Assembly: GCA_950097015.1 (NCBI GenBank)
Contig: CATNEN010000039.1
Coordinates: 5,518,001-5,582,000, forward strand
Source: Macrostomum hystrix
Taxonomy: Eukaryota; Animalia; Platyhelminthes
DNA length: 64,000 nucleotides
Direction: 5' to 3'
Shown: one piece after another, positions 1 through 12,377 of the stretch
Position numbering within the stretch: position 1 is the stretch's first letter
How the letters are laid out: each line of letters opens with the position of its first letter
Position numbers and translations under genes: made by a program
Notes under the pieces: generated by a model
What the model was told of the DNA's origin: nothing
The model's database searches: none
What the model saw: the letters and a program-made list of their open reading frames with translations, nothing else

Positions 1-105
1 CAAGGGTTTGTTTTTGTATTATTTTACTCTGCGAATACTTTTTAAAGTCTACAAATCAAAGCTGCCCAATCAATTTGTTTGCAAAGACTGTCCGCGGAGA
101 CTCAC

Positions 106-3100
106 CCTGCAGGTATGAGGAACCCGCCAGGTAGTCAAACGCTGCAACAAGAATCAGCTCAGCTTCAACAGCCGCCGATGGCCGAATAAGCAGCAGGCAG
201 TCGCAGATGGAGGTGGCATCCGCAGCCATGTTGGCGGGCCGGTGGACTGCAGCAACCTGGCCTGTGAAGGCGGTCATGAGGGACAGTCGAAGCGGTCATG
301 AGGGACAGTCGAAGCGGTCATGAGGGACAGTGGAAGCAGTCATGAGGGACAGTGGAAGCAGTCATGAGGGACAGTGGAAGCAGTCATGAGGGACAGTGGA
401 AGCAGTCATGAGGGACAGTGGAAGCGGTCATGAGGGACAGTGGAAGCAGTCATGAGGGACAGTGGAAGCAGTCATGAGGGACAGTGGAAGCAGTCATGAG
501 GGACAGTGGAAGCAGTCATGAGGGACAGTGGAAGCGGTCATGAGGGACAGTGGAAGCGGTCATGAGGGACAGTGGAAGCAGTCATGAGGGACAGTGGAAG
601 CAGTCATGAGGGACAGTGGAAGCGGTCATGAGGGACAGTGGAAGCAGTCATGAGGGACAGTGGAAGCGGTCATGAGGGACAGTGTTAGCGGTCATGAGGG
701 ACAGTCGAAGCAGTCATGAGGGACAGTGGAAGCGGTCATTAGAGACAGTGGAAGCGGTCATGAGGGACAGTGGAAGCGGTCAAGAGGGACAGTGGAAGCG
801 GTCATGAGGGACATTGGAAGCTCACCGTCACTGCCTTGAAGCCGCATGCTCGCGCATTTCAACCCTGTGCAGTCCCGATCGGCCAGAACTATTCTGACAG
901 TCTCATTGTCCTGCGAATCGCCCCGCCGAGTCTTTGATGACGGCAGCATCAGCCGCACAGCTGTCGGCTGTCTCAGACGAAGCCGCGAGCCAGACGTCCC
1001 CGCGGACGTCGACGACAAAGCGGTTAGATGGCAGACCGGCGGTTCAATGAGCCGCGGACTGCCCGACGCTGCGCCGTCCAGTAGGCATAATACGAGCTGC
1101 CCGGAGGCGGAGCAGCCGGCGATGAGCAGACTGCTGCTGCTGCTGCCAACCTTAAATTATATAGTTTAAAGGGGGCTGTGGAAATCAGCACATCATTCTG
1201 TCAAGTGCGTGAACGGATAAACGCATACACCTGCTCTGACTTCCTAATTGTCATGGGCAGAGTACACTCTCAATATGCCTTGGAGGTTGACCCCTAAATT
1301 GCACAACAAGTCGTCAAGCCTTCTCTCCGCGGCAGCTCCCCAAAACTCCCCAGCTGTAAAATGAGTACCAGCAAAGGGGAAATATTTTGCTGGGTGTGGC
1401 GGCCTGCCCAGTCCATGGACTGAACAGCTGTACATCAGGCCTAACTGGGCTAGGGGCAATTTCTATTCAATTGATTAACACAGTCTCATCACTGTTGAAA
1501 TTCAGAAGTTATTATGCTGGCTTTGTTTAAGAAAATTATATCTATGAATTCAATTAGTACATATTAAATAAGTAGCACTAGGTTCAGCAGTTTCTCATCT
1601 TCGCAAATTTAGTTTTCATCCCGGCCTGCTTCCGTCGCAGCGTTGCCGGGGAGTGAGGTGGGGGTAAGGCACTCTAGTCGGTGTGTGACGAACGCGTGAT
1701 GTGAGCTGCGTACAATAAGAGGGTTTATACTTCACCCAAAGGTACATTTACTAAGGCCGTTGGTAATTCGTAGAGTGCAAGCAAGACTAAGGCTTGCCCA
1801 CTCTAAGACAGAGCGGACTGTCACAGCAGCTGGGACTAGCAAGACGCACTCCCCCCAGCAGAGAGCTAGTAAGGCAAGGGCTATAGCGATGCCGATTGTA
1901 AGTACTCGTAGTTGAGTTTATTTACTGTTGAGTGCTGCATCAATAGGCAACCGCACAAATATAAACACAGCAGTTGATGTCAAATATGCGTATCTAACAC
2001 ACCAATGCTGCATATCTAACACACCAATGCTGCATGTCTAACACACCAATCCTGCATGTCTAACACACCAATGCTGCATGTCTAACACACCAATCCTGCA
2101 TGTCTAACACTCCAATCCTGCATGTCTAACACTCCAATCCTGCATGTCTAACACACCAATCCTGCATGTCTAACACACCAATCCTGCATGTCTAACACAC
2201 CAATCCTGCATGTCTAACTCTCCAATCCTGCATGTCTAACACTCCAATCCTGCATGTCTAACACACCAATCCTGCATGTCTAACACACCAATCCCGCATG
2301 TCTAACACACCAATCCTGCATGTCTAACACACCAATCCTGCATGTCTAACACACCAATCCTGCATGTTTATCACACCAATCCTGCATGTCTAACACACCA
2401 ATCCTGCATGTCTAACACACCAATCCTGCATGTCTAACACACCAATCCTGCATGTCTAACACACCAATCCTGCATGTCTAACACACCAATCCTGCATGTT
2501 TATCACACCAATCCTGCATGTCTAACACTCCAATCCTGCATGTCTAACACACCAATCCTGCATGTCTAACACACCAATCCTGCATGTCTAACACACCAAT
2601 CCCGCATGTCTAACACACCAATCCTGCATGTCTAACACACCAATCCCGCATGTCTAACACACCAATCCCGCATGTCTAACACACCAATCCTGCATGTCTA
2701 ACACACCAATCCTGCATGTCTAACACACCAATCCTGCATGTCTAACACACCAATCCTGCATGTTTATCACACCAATCCTGCATGTCTAACACACCAATCC
2801 TGCATGTCTAACAGTCCAATCCTGGATATCTAACACACCAATACCACACATCTAAATTCGGAATCGTGTAAAGTGCATGCCCAAAGAGTGCACAAGCACT
2901 GCAGCCGGTCACACCTGTGACAGAATTTCGCAGCTCCACCTTATTTAAAACTCGCCGAGTAAAGAGAACGAACGGAGAAGCAGGAGAGTGCACTTAATTA
3001 CAAGAAGCATTCGTCCATCGCAGATAAAGCGGGCCTATTCGCCGAGCTAAACATAGCCTCTGCCCATCAGACACAGAAGGAATCGCTCGGATTCATCAGG

Positions 3101-6100
3101 TCTAGTCTCGGCTCTTTCTAAATCAATTACTATTCTAGGCATGATTTATGGATGAGATACTCCAGTGTCATGCCAGGCGGGAGTAAGCTGACAGCGACTG
3201 TCTATCAGAGCCTCAAAACAGAACTGGCGCGCTTAAATTTGCGGGCTCAAATTTGATTACTTACTCTAATTAAAAAGCTAATTCTTAAATAAGTCGGATC
3301 CTCATCCCTTATATATACAAATACTAACAACGAGGTTATAATCCAAAAAATAAGATCCTGTTACTAAATATTAAACCCGAATATTAATATAGAAGATGGA
3401 ATCCTAATTCCAAAGAGGGAATCCTAATGCCAAAAAGGTAATCCTAATTCCAAAGAGGGAATCCTAATGCCAAAGAGGTAATCCTAATTCCAAAAAGGGA
3501 ATCCTAATTCCAAAGAGGGAATCCTAATGCCAAAGAGGGAATCCTAATGCCAAAGAGGGAATCCTAATGCCAAAGAGGGAATCCTAATGCCAAAGAGGGA
3601 ATCCTAATGCCAAAGAGGGAATCCTAATTCCAAAGAGGGAATCCTAATTCCAAAGAGGTAATCCTAATTCCAAAGAGGGAATCCTAATTCCAAAGAGGTA
3701 ATCCTAATTCCAAAAAGGGAATCCTAATTCCAAAGAGGGAATCCTAATTCCAAAGAGGGAATCCTAATTCCAAAGAGGGAATCCTAATGCCAAAGAGGGA
3801 ATCCTAATTCCAAAGAGGTAATCCTAATTCCAAAAAGGGAATCCTAATTCCAAAGAGGGAATCCTAATTCCAAAGAGGGAATCCTAATTCCAAAGAGGGA
3901 ATCCTAATGCCAAAGAGGGAATCCTAATTCCAAAGAGGGAATCCTAATGCCAAAGAGGGAATCCTAATTCCAAAGAGGTAATCCTAATTCCAAAAAGGGA
4001 ATCCTAATTCCAAAGAGGGAATCCTAATTCCAAAGAGGGAATCCTAATTCCAAAGAGGGAATCCTAATGCCAAAGAGGTAATCCTAATTCCAAAGAGGGA
4101 ATCCTAATGCCAAAGAGGTAATCCTAATGCCAAAGAGGGAATCCTAATTCCAAAGAGGGAATCCTAATTCCAAAGAGGTAATCCTAATTCCAAAGAGGTA
4201 ATCCTAATTCCAAAAAGGGAATCCTAATTCCAAAGAGGGAATCCTAATTCCAAAGAGGGAATCCTAATTCCAAAGAGGTAATCCTAATGCCAAAGAGGTA
4301 ATCCTAATTCCAAAGAGGGAATCCTAATTCCAAAGAGGGAATCCTAATGCCAAAGAGGTAATCCTAATGCCAAAGAGGGAATCCTAATTCCAAAGAGGGA
4401 ATCCTAATTCCAAAGAGGTAATCCTAATACCAAAAAGGGAATCCTAATTTCAGAGAGGGAATCCTAATGCTAAAGAGGGAATCGTAATTCCAAAGAGGGA
4501 ATCCAAATGCCAAAGAGGGAATCCAAATGCCAAAGAGGAATCCTAAAACTAATGACGCGATTTTAATCCTTAAGATGGTATCCTAATATAATATGTTGGG
4601 ATTTCAATCCTTAAATGTGATCCTTACATCTGAGGATTCGAGTCATGACAACCATCTTGAATCTTTGCATTGTGCACTTTTAATAAAGCCTAAAATAAGT
4701 CTAGCTACCAGCATTTAGAACACAAACAGTCCGCCAACCAACCCTTACTCCGCACTCCGCACTGTTGTACACTTGCAGATCAGCGACGCGCCCGTTTAAG
4801 ATCTGTTCAGCCATCAGGCAGGGTCCCCTGTCCCACAGTCGGGCCGGATCCCATAGCTCCAGCTTGCCACTCGAACTGCCAGTCAGAATCAGCAGGGTGC
4901 CCCCAATCTTTAACAATTGCAGCGCGGTCACGGATGCGAATACGTAGTGCTCGAATAGCTGACGACCTTGAGATGACGTTAAAGAAAATGAATAGTTTAT
5001 GGATCATTTTACTGATGGTTATAATGACATTAATGCTTTTTAATTAATTCAACCGACTGGCAATACCTATACTTGACATTAAAATAAAATACTTTCTTAC
5101 TATGACTGGAATCTTAGCAGGAAGGTAGACAAAGACAGAGGACTACTTAAACTACCGGGACGAAACTCTAGGCAAATCATGCAAAATTTCTTACGAGGCT
5201 GGCTTTTTTTAGCTGTCTCTGGTTCATGCTTCTTTTCAACTTTGCTAGAGCTACCAAGCAAGAGGGTAGAAGTAGCTAATCAGTCTGCAAATTACTAGGT
5301 CAATAAAATATTTTCGTATCTCCAAGTAGCTTCATCATCAATGCCAAAATGCTGCCTGCAACTCTGCATGGTTACGACTCTGAAGATCAAAGACAAAAGT
5401 ACATATGTTTCCAAAGGATCTGGATGAGCGAGAGAGATGGAGGAAAGCCCTGCCGAATCTTCTTGTGGTAAGACGCTCTACTTAGTCTATTAGTTAATTC
5501 ACGTGGTAAACGACTCACGTTGCATCCGTACTTATTAATTTCAGTCCATAACAGATCACATGGGGATCTGCGCTAAACACTGGCCACCGGGTGCTCCCAT
5601 GGTGAAAGGGTTGAATCGGCAAAGTGGAATGACTTGGTTAGAATTAACAAGCTCGAAGAAAACCACACTGTAAAAAGATCCGGCTTGACGTTCGAAGCTT
5701 GCTACCCATCAAACATGATCAGAAGACAAAAGTCTAGCTCTGCAGGTATTTAATGAAAAAGTTGCAGCTGCGCTGAAATGTGACCGTTATTTTGAAACCG
5801 TAAACTTTGTTGAGAGCATCGTAAAGCTGTGGAACATTGTCAATTGCAAAAATCCCGATCTACAACACCGGTTCAATGATCCTGCAGTAGGCGACCAATT
5901 TATTCTATTCTTGACGACAAAATAGTTTTTCTTGGAGATTTTGCCGACTCAATTGACTATTCTCAGAGCAGTAAAGGCCACGCGCGTCATGGAACCCTCA
6001 CAGCTGAGACTAAGTCTGCTATTGTGAACTCGTTGCGAGGCATGGTAGACCTCTGCGAGGACCTGCTTTCTGATCCTAACATTTCCTATGTCTTACTTGG

Positions 6101-9100
6101 TGATTTTCAGAGCGATCCTCTGGAAGGAGGGTTTGGAGTTTATCGGCAGATGAGCGGTGGTAACTATTTCATATCCGTGGAACAAGTACTACTGAGCTCG
6201 CGATTGCGATCGATGAAAATGTTTACGAGTCTTGAGTTGGACAGCAATTACCACAGTGCATGAGAGCCCCTGCTGCAGAACACAGCTTTCTGAAGAAGAG
6301 TTGTCTGCGTTGGACAATTTTTTCCAAACTGCAATGAAATTTTTTACTCGGAATTTCTCACTGGTTGTGATATGCCTGCTTCAGTCGACACTCGCCATCC
6401 TCCGCGGCAAGAGTTCAGAAGCTGTTTATCGCTTCATTACTTTCATTACTTTTCATCCGCCAGTTGTAAAATTCGAGACGTGTCACGGAGAATAACGAAT
6501 ACTTTCTTCGAGGGGCTAGTTAGGAAAACATCAAAAGTGGCCCCGTAATCTATTACAGTGCAGGAGAGAAAAACGAAAAAGCTCGGAAGCACCTGAAGAA
6601 TTGTGCTAGTTGTAATATTACATTTTACAATGCAACAACTGCTTGGCGAAAGGATTTTACTCACTTGATATAATAGTATTGCAAAATTGTGTACATGTAT
6701 CTTCAGTGGCGGCGCAGGGGGGGCGGGGGGGCGGGCTGCCCCCGGGTGACCACCCCTCACCACCCTCAGGGGGTGACCACCCACTTAAAAAAATTGGTAC
6801 TTTACCATATAATTTCAAAAGTGTGGTCACCCGATGGGGCATGGGGGTGGTCACCTGAGACCTTTTTTTTTGGTGGCCGGGGGGGGGTGACCACCCAACC
6901 ACCGCCCCCCAGCTGGAGGTCCTGCGCCGCCACTGTGTATCTTCTTAAATATTTATTAAATCTGTTGACTGTTGCTTTGGATGATTGTTCACCCTTTACA
7001 CCCTGAAATTTAGCATTCACTTTTTAACTAAAACAACTGAATTTCGGATTCATCTGTGCCGCAAAGTTTAGATTAAAAATCTTTCATGAAAAACTCTGTT
7101 ATTCTAGGTTCGCCCTTAATGTTGTCATCTACACTTTTCATGCAAGTTTCATATTTTTCATGGATTTATCGATACTGTAAAGATTATATTATCAACTCTT
7201 GTAAATCTACAATTCTTTTAACCATGACAGCGATATGACATCTGTATGTCTGTGTGAATCATCGATTTTAATCAGGGACTACATAATAGCACTTCATTTT
7301 ACTACGAGCGTAGATGCTCCTATCCCTACTACAGCCAACAAAATTGCCAGCTATATTACTTTAAAGATGGCCATAGATTAGGCCAGCCTCGTAAGAAATT
7401 GTGCATGATTTCCCTAGAATTCCGTCCCGGTAGTTTAAGTAGTCCCTGGGCAGAGGATGGCAGAGGGAGGCAGAGGAAGGCAGAGGGAGGCAGAGGAAGG
7501 CAGGGGCAGGCATAGGAAGGCAGAGGAAGGCAGGGGAAGGCAGAAGGAGACAGGAAGGCAGGGGACGCAAAGGGAAGCAGAGGAAGGCAGGAGAGGCAGA
7601 GGGAGGCACAGTCAGGCGGGAAGAGCTAACCGGAGCTGCAGTCCCAGATGCGCACGGTGGCATCCTCGGAGCCGGTGACGCACAGAATCGCTGGCGAGCC
7701 GTTCAAAGCTTCAATGTCAAGGGCCTCAAAAAATGTGGGACAATCGGAGCAGTCGACGAGTCGAGCTACGTTCACCGCCTGGGTGTGGCCGGTTAGGCGG
7801 CTGTTGCCATGACAACCAAGGTTAGAACCAGAGACATTGTACAGCTGAGCGCTGGCATCGCGACCAGCGCTGATGGCGAGATCTTGGAGACAGTCAACGG
7901 AGAATATAATATCCGAGTGGCCGTTCGGGAGTTCGGACACGGAGTAGCTACCGAACTGGCGAAGCTTGACCGTCTGCTCTGATTGGCTAGCCAACTGCTT
8001 TGGCTGCTCTGATTGGCTGGCCGATTTTTTTATCGTTTGCCCAGGTTTATCTGAGTGGCTAGAGAATATCTGTGCTTTCGATGAGACCTGATCTGATTGG
8101 CTGTCAGATTTTTCTGTATTTACCACATAATTTTCTGATCGAATAAGCACACTCCGAGACTCAATAGTAGCCTGGTTAGATTGGCTATGGACTGGAGCTG
8201 TAGATTCTAGCAATGGGCTTGATGATTTTGGAGCCTGCTGGGGTGACGGTTGCTCTGATTGGCTGGCCCGGGAACAGCCGACTGCGGCTCGCTTTGCTGG
8301 CGGCTGCTGGATGTCACCACTGGCAGGGGTTGAATCTGTCACTTTTGTTTTCGACATAGCAACAGTTGACGACAGCTCGTCACTGTCGGATTGTGCAGGA
8401 CTTCTTTGTTGATGTCTGCATTGTTTCATCACAATGAAATTTAATATTTGTAAACCTTGAAGAACTGCCTGCGCAAAATTTCATTAGAAAATCACTTACG
8501 GTTGTAACAGTTTCATGTAGTGCATAAGGCTGGCTTGCATTGCTGCTTTCTGAGACACCTATAAAGTTATAAACTGATGCACATTGTAATGTCATCATTC
8601 GCATAATCCACTACTATCAGTAGAGTTAATTAAACATTTATAATAAAACGTACGGAATTATAAGAAAAATGCTAAACCGCCACTTTCATAAAAACCTTGT
8701 TGAAAAATTAAGTTCGAAACGGGCTACTTGCATGTGCCGATGTTATGTAAACTCGGTGATTCACTTGTTTAACAGTAGAAAGGCTATGGCATTCCCCCTG
8801 GGAAAGACAGTGGTATTTGAAATACTCACTGCCTACTTTACAATAGCTCCCAAACCGAATGACCGATTTTTGTAAGTCTACCATATACATTAAGTTTTCC
8901 GCTCTTTACTATGAACCAACTTTCAAAGCCGTAATAAAATCAGCATTCTCAATTAGCATTAGCATTAAAAGCAACCAGTAAATAATTCACACAGATAGGT
9001 GCTAGCTTTAGAAGTCCCTGTCCTACTCAGTAGTGCTTGCCTGATTGTTGAACTGCTTGATTTTTAGTAGCAAGTAAGTTCATGGTGGAAATGTGCATTG

Positions 9101-9414
9101 TCAAGAATGGATTTATGTCAACTGAATGAATCTTTTGATTATTTGTTAACTGAATCAATAATTGAATAATTGATTTGTTGATAAATGATTCAATGAATAC
9201 TATATATTATGTAGACATCCACCACAAAAGTAGTTTGATCAATTTATTGAACTATGTAAAATGTAATATTAAGAAAAAACATTTCAATAAAACAAACCTT
9301 AGACTGCTCCTCATTGTTAAGAGGCCTTGGCAAACACACAAGATGCTCAATTTGCCTTAGCTTCTTTTTGAACTTTCGAATTTGGGAATTAACACTTTCC
9401 AAAGATTCTTCCAT
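106..9414 (-). CDS. Multi-exon WD40-repeat protein, 3' end beyond the left edge. Exons 9414-9298, 8558-8500, 8415-7631, 4966-4749, 1150-826, 261-106 (about 553 aa in window)
   Basis: All junctions are GT-AG and phase-consistent (0,2,1,0,1). WD40 motifs: GHSDIIFSV...ISAGRDASAQLYN, GHTQAVNV...VTGSEDATVRIWD, LTGSSSGKLELWD. N-terminus MEESLESVNSQIRKFKKKLRQIEHL...LNNEEQSKVSQK. Confidence 0.85.
270..812. repeat. 22-bp minisatellite (gtcatgagggacagtggaagca/cg) filling WD40 intron 262-825
   Basis: About 24 visible tandem copies. Confidence 0.97.
1991..2845. repeat. 22-bp minisatellite (tgcatgtctaacacaccaatcc), intronic
   Basis: Visible tandem array. Confidence 0.97.
3398..4547. repeat. 20-bp minisatellite (atcctaattccaaagaggga), intronic
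   Basis: Visible array in exact 20-nt register. Confidence 0.97.
5136..7448 (+). mobile_element. Decayed P-element/THAP9-type DNA transposon in a WD40 intron
   Basis: About 65-bp imperfect TIRs (cag(a)ggactacttaaactaccgggacg... at 5136; ...cccggtagtttaagtagtccctg ending 7448). THAP remnants FPKDLDERERWRKALP and GICAKHW. Transposase C-terminal motif YVLLGDFQSDPLEGGFGVYRQMSGGNYFISVEQVL (6024-6263). Frameshifts and an internal deletion. Confidence 0.85.
6704..6935. mobile_element. hAT-type MITE (232 bp) nested in the P element
   Basis: 15-bp perfect TIRs CAGTGGCGGCGCAGG/CCTGCGCCGCCACTG. Perfect 8-bp TSD tgtatctt (6696-6703, 6936-6943). Internal ggtgaccacc subterminal repeats. Confidence 0.92.
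7449..7600. repeat. Purine-rich 10-bp degenerate repeat (ggcagaggaa)
   Basis: Visible low-complexity array. Confidence 0.8.
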
Positions 9415-11432
9415 AAGTTTTTGTCTGAAAATTGTTAAGAAAATGACATGCCAATAAATTTACTGATTCTATTAACATAGGCCCTATGCATGAACTATAC
9501 GATGATAAGTCTTAATACAACTATATCTGCAAATGCCCAAGAGGACCAAACTTTGAATGCAGGAAGCTTTACAAATTACAGTACCTGTACTTGCAGTACT
9601 TGCTAATTCCTAACTCTGCAGCCAATAAAATTAAAAAACCACTGGACTAGCTGCATTTCATTTGACAGCTAGATTGCATTGCTAAAATTATACTCCTAGC
9701 TTACTAAACTGCATTAGATTTTTGCTAAGCTGAATTAGATTCTTATTAAACTGCATAATTTGTTTTGTTTTTCTTTGCATAGTTTTTGCTGGCTTAAGCA
9801 TTTCACAAATCCATTTTCACAAGTACATCGTTTAAGCACTCATTCACTCTCTTTAACATGAACCCTGTGGATTAAGTCTACCTCCAATTTTTACTTTCGC
9901 AGTGAGCCAAAGCTGTGTCATGTCATTCTAACTATTGATTCTATAAATATACTGTCAGCTGGCCCTTTCTGGCCAAGCCTAGTTTCTACAAGCTAAATTC
10001 AACTACAAGTGTCTAGGTGGTACACCAAACAATTAACTTTTTGGGGTTATACATTATCATAATAAACTTGAAAACTTGTTTACAATCTATATGTATATGT
10101 CATATGTTATCTAGCTTTCTAAAAAAATTGGTGAGATTTTTATAGGCCATTTTGGACTAGACACAAACTAACAGGCAAGTAATGGATAAATATCATTAAA
10201 ACAAATTTTTCGCATGTTTAGTCATAAAAGTAAAAGAAACTGGCATTACCTAAATTGATAGTATTACTATTAGTAGGCCTATGTAGCCAAAAAACATGGC
10301 AAAGTCCTAGTTTCTTGTATAATATTATTATGACCCTAAATTAAAAGCAAATAAACAAAAACTAGTTTATTAAAGCAGTAAAATGGGTCATAGAACTTGA
10401 GAATTAGTATTACATAGCATAGTAGAGTCTCTACTGCCAATGATTCAGCTTCAGCAGTAGGCCCCTATCTATAATCAATTGCCTTGGATATGCATGCTTA
10501 CAATGTGCTTCCCAGTGAGATCTATTTGTCAATCATTGTCTACACTTTGTTGATCCAAATGACCCAACTGTGCACAAAAATACCATCAAAGGCACATAGA
10601 CACACATGAAGGTGAAGTTCCCTATTCAGCATGGCACCACCTCTGCAACTTCCTTATGGCACCAACTCTTACCTAGACAAGAGTTTTGACAACCTTCTGT
10701 ACTGGTAGACCCATTACTATGCTATTTAATGCTGTTTCTCAAGTGCTATGACATATGACCTGCTTTACTTACTACTTCAATAAATTTGCTTTTGTTTTTT
10801 GTTTGCTTACACACAGTGTACCGAACTGTGTGTAACCGAACTGTGGGTTCAAAATAATTTAATACAAGAAACTAGGAAATTGCCAAAAACACATTTTGGG
10901 CTGAAAATAGACATCAAGAAAAGACTGCATAGATGATATATAATGCTATAAATATAGCTTGCTATGCTATTGTGGCTACGCGCTAGCAATAATCATATCG
11001 TATGTATGAGTAAGTATGAGCCAGAGATATAAAATCGGCTGCATAGCAAATCTACTGCGAAATCTATTCGCCGTTACTGCCGCATTCGCCCTTCTAGATA
11101 CTAGATATCGGAGATATTAGGGATGGAAAGAGTGGTTGGAAGATCTAATATAATCCCATTCTATGCATTACTCTTCTCTCTCCCTTTCCCTTATCAATTT
11201 ACTTATAAGGCCCTTATTTACTGTAATGGCCTTAGAAGTTAAGCGAATTGGCTTAAAGTTAAAACCAAGTGGTCCAGTTTTGTCCAAGGACCACTAGTAA
11301 GTAGCGCTTTTGTTTTCAGGCTGGATTTTTTAGTAACGTTTCTTTAAGCAATTGAAAATGTGTTTTCTGATGATAGAGTACAGTATTTCAGACACTTAAT
11401 GTTTGTTATTGTCATTAGGCACGATAATGTAC

Positions 11433-12166
11433 TGTGACGTTATTGAGGTGAACAAGTCAAGTCCAGGCGACAGTTCAGAATTATCCAATTAGTCGTTAGA
11501 AGGCTTGTGTAGCGGTAGCACTTTAATCTTTATTTATTACCACTGGGACGTACGACAATGGGCAGAATATAATTAAGTCAGGTGCCGGAGCTCGGTGAGA
11601 CAGTGTAGGCCTAGTAGAAATAGTAGCGAATGGCAGTAGTGAAACAATGACAGAGCGAAGTAGTCGGCAGTGAAGTCAGTACAAAAGACAATATGGAGTG
11701 ACAGTAAGTGGCAGTTTAAGTAACAGTGACAGTGGCCGGGACAAAGGCAGTGACAGAGTGGAGGGCCAGGTTAAAGGCAATGACAGAGTGGAGGGCCGGA
11801 TTGGTGCGCGAGCGGGCCCAGGGGGCCTAGTTAAATAGGCTAGACAAACTAAAAAACAGGGCGATCGATAATTCTACCCATTACAGAGCTCGCACGCTCA
11901 TTGGCTGGAGGGAAATAATATTGATACTAATATACTAATATTGATAATTTAGCGAAAACATCTTACGGACAATACGATGTTCGTTGACTTCTACTTACAG
12001 TAACAGTAGAAAAACTTAATTATCAAAACTTTAAAGCGTGAAAACCAGCAACATATAAAACTACATGGAGGTGTCGTGGAACATTGAGCGGATCACGGCA
12101 GGAGCTGCAGTCGAACTCACAGGGTCACATCAACGGAGAGGATGCACGCTGCGTAGCAACGTCACA
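11433..12166 (-). mobile_element. Solo LTR A (734 bp)
   Basis: Ends TGTGACGTT...AACGTCACA (9-bp inverted). 4-bp TSD gtac on both sides (11429-32, 12167-70). Minus-strand TATA-like motif near 11830 and AATAAA near 11535. Confidence 0.8.
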
Positions 12167-12377
12167 GTACACTCAATAAATTTAAGGGGTAAGTTCGATT
12201 TTATTTCGACAGTCAAAAGACACTCAAAGTTCCATTTTTAATGGGTCTGAATCTCGTGCGGCGTCCAGTTACATATGACAAAATGTTAAACATTAGCGTG
12301 CACTTTAGGATAATATTCTGCCGCACCACACCCTTTGTAGTTGATTGCAAGCATTTAGTCACATTGTACGGATATTG

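Noticed and set aside
1230-1460. Possible LINE 3' fragment (71-aa ORF)
   Set aside because: No diagnostic motif I can support.
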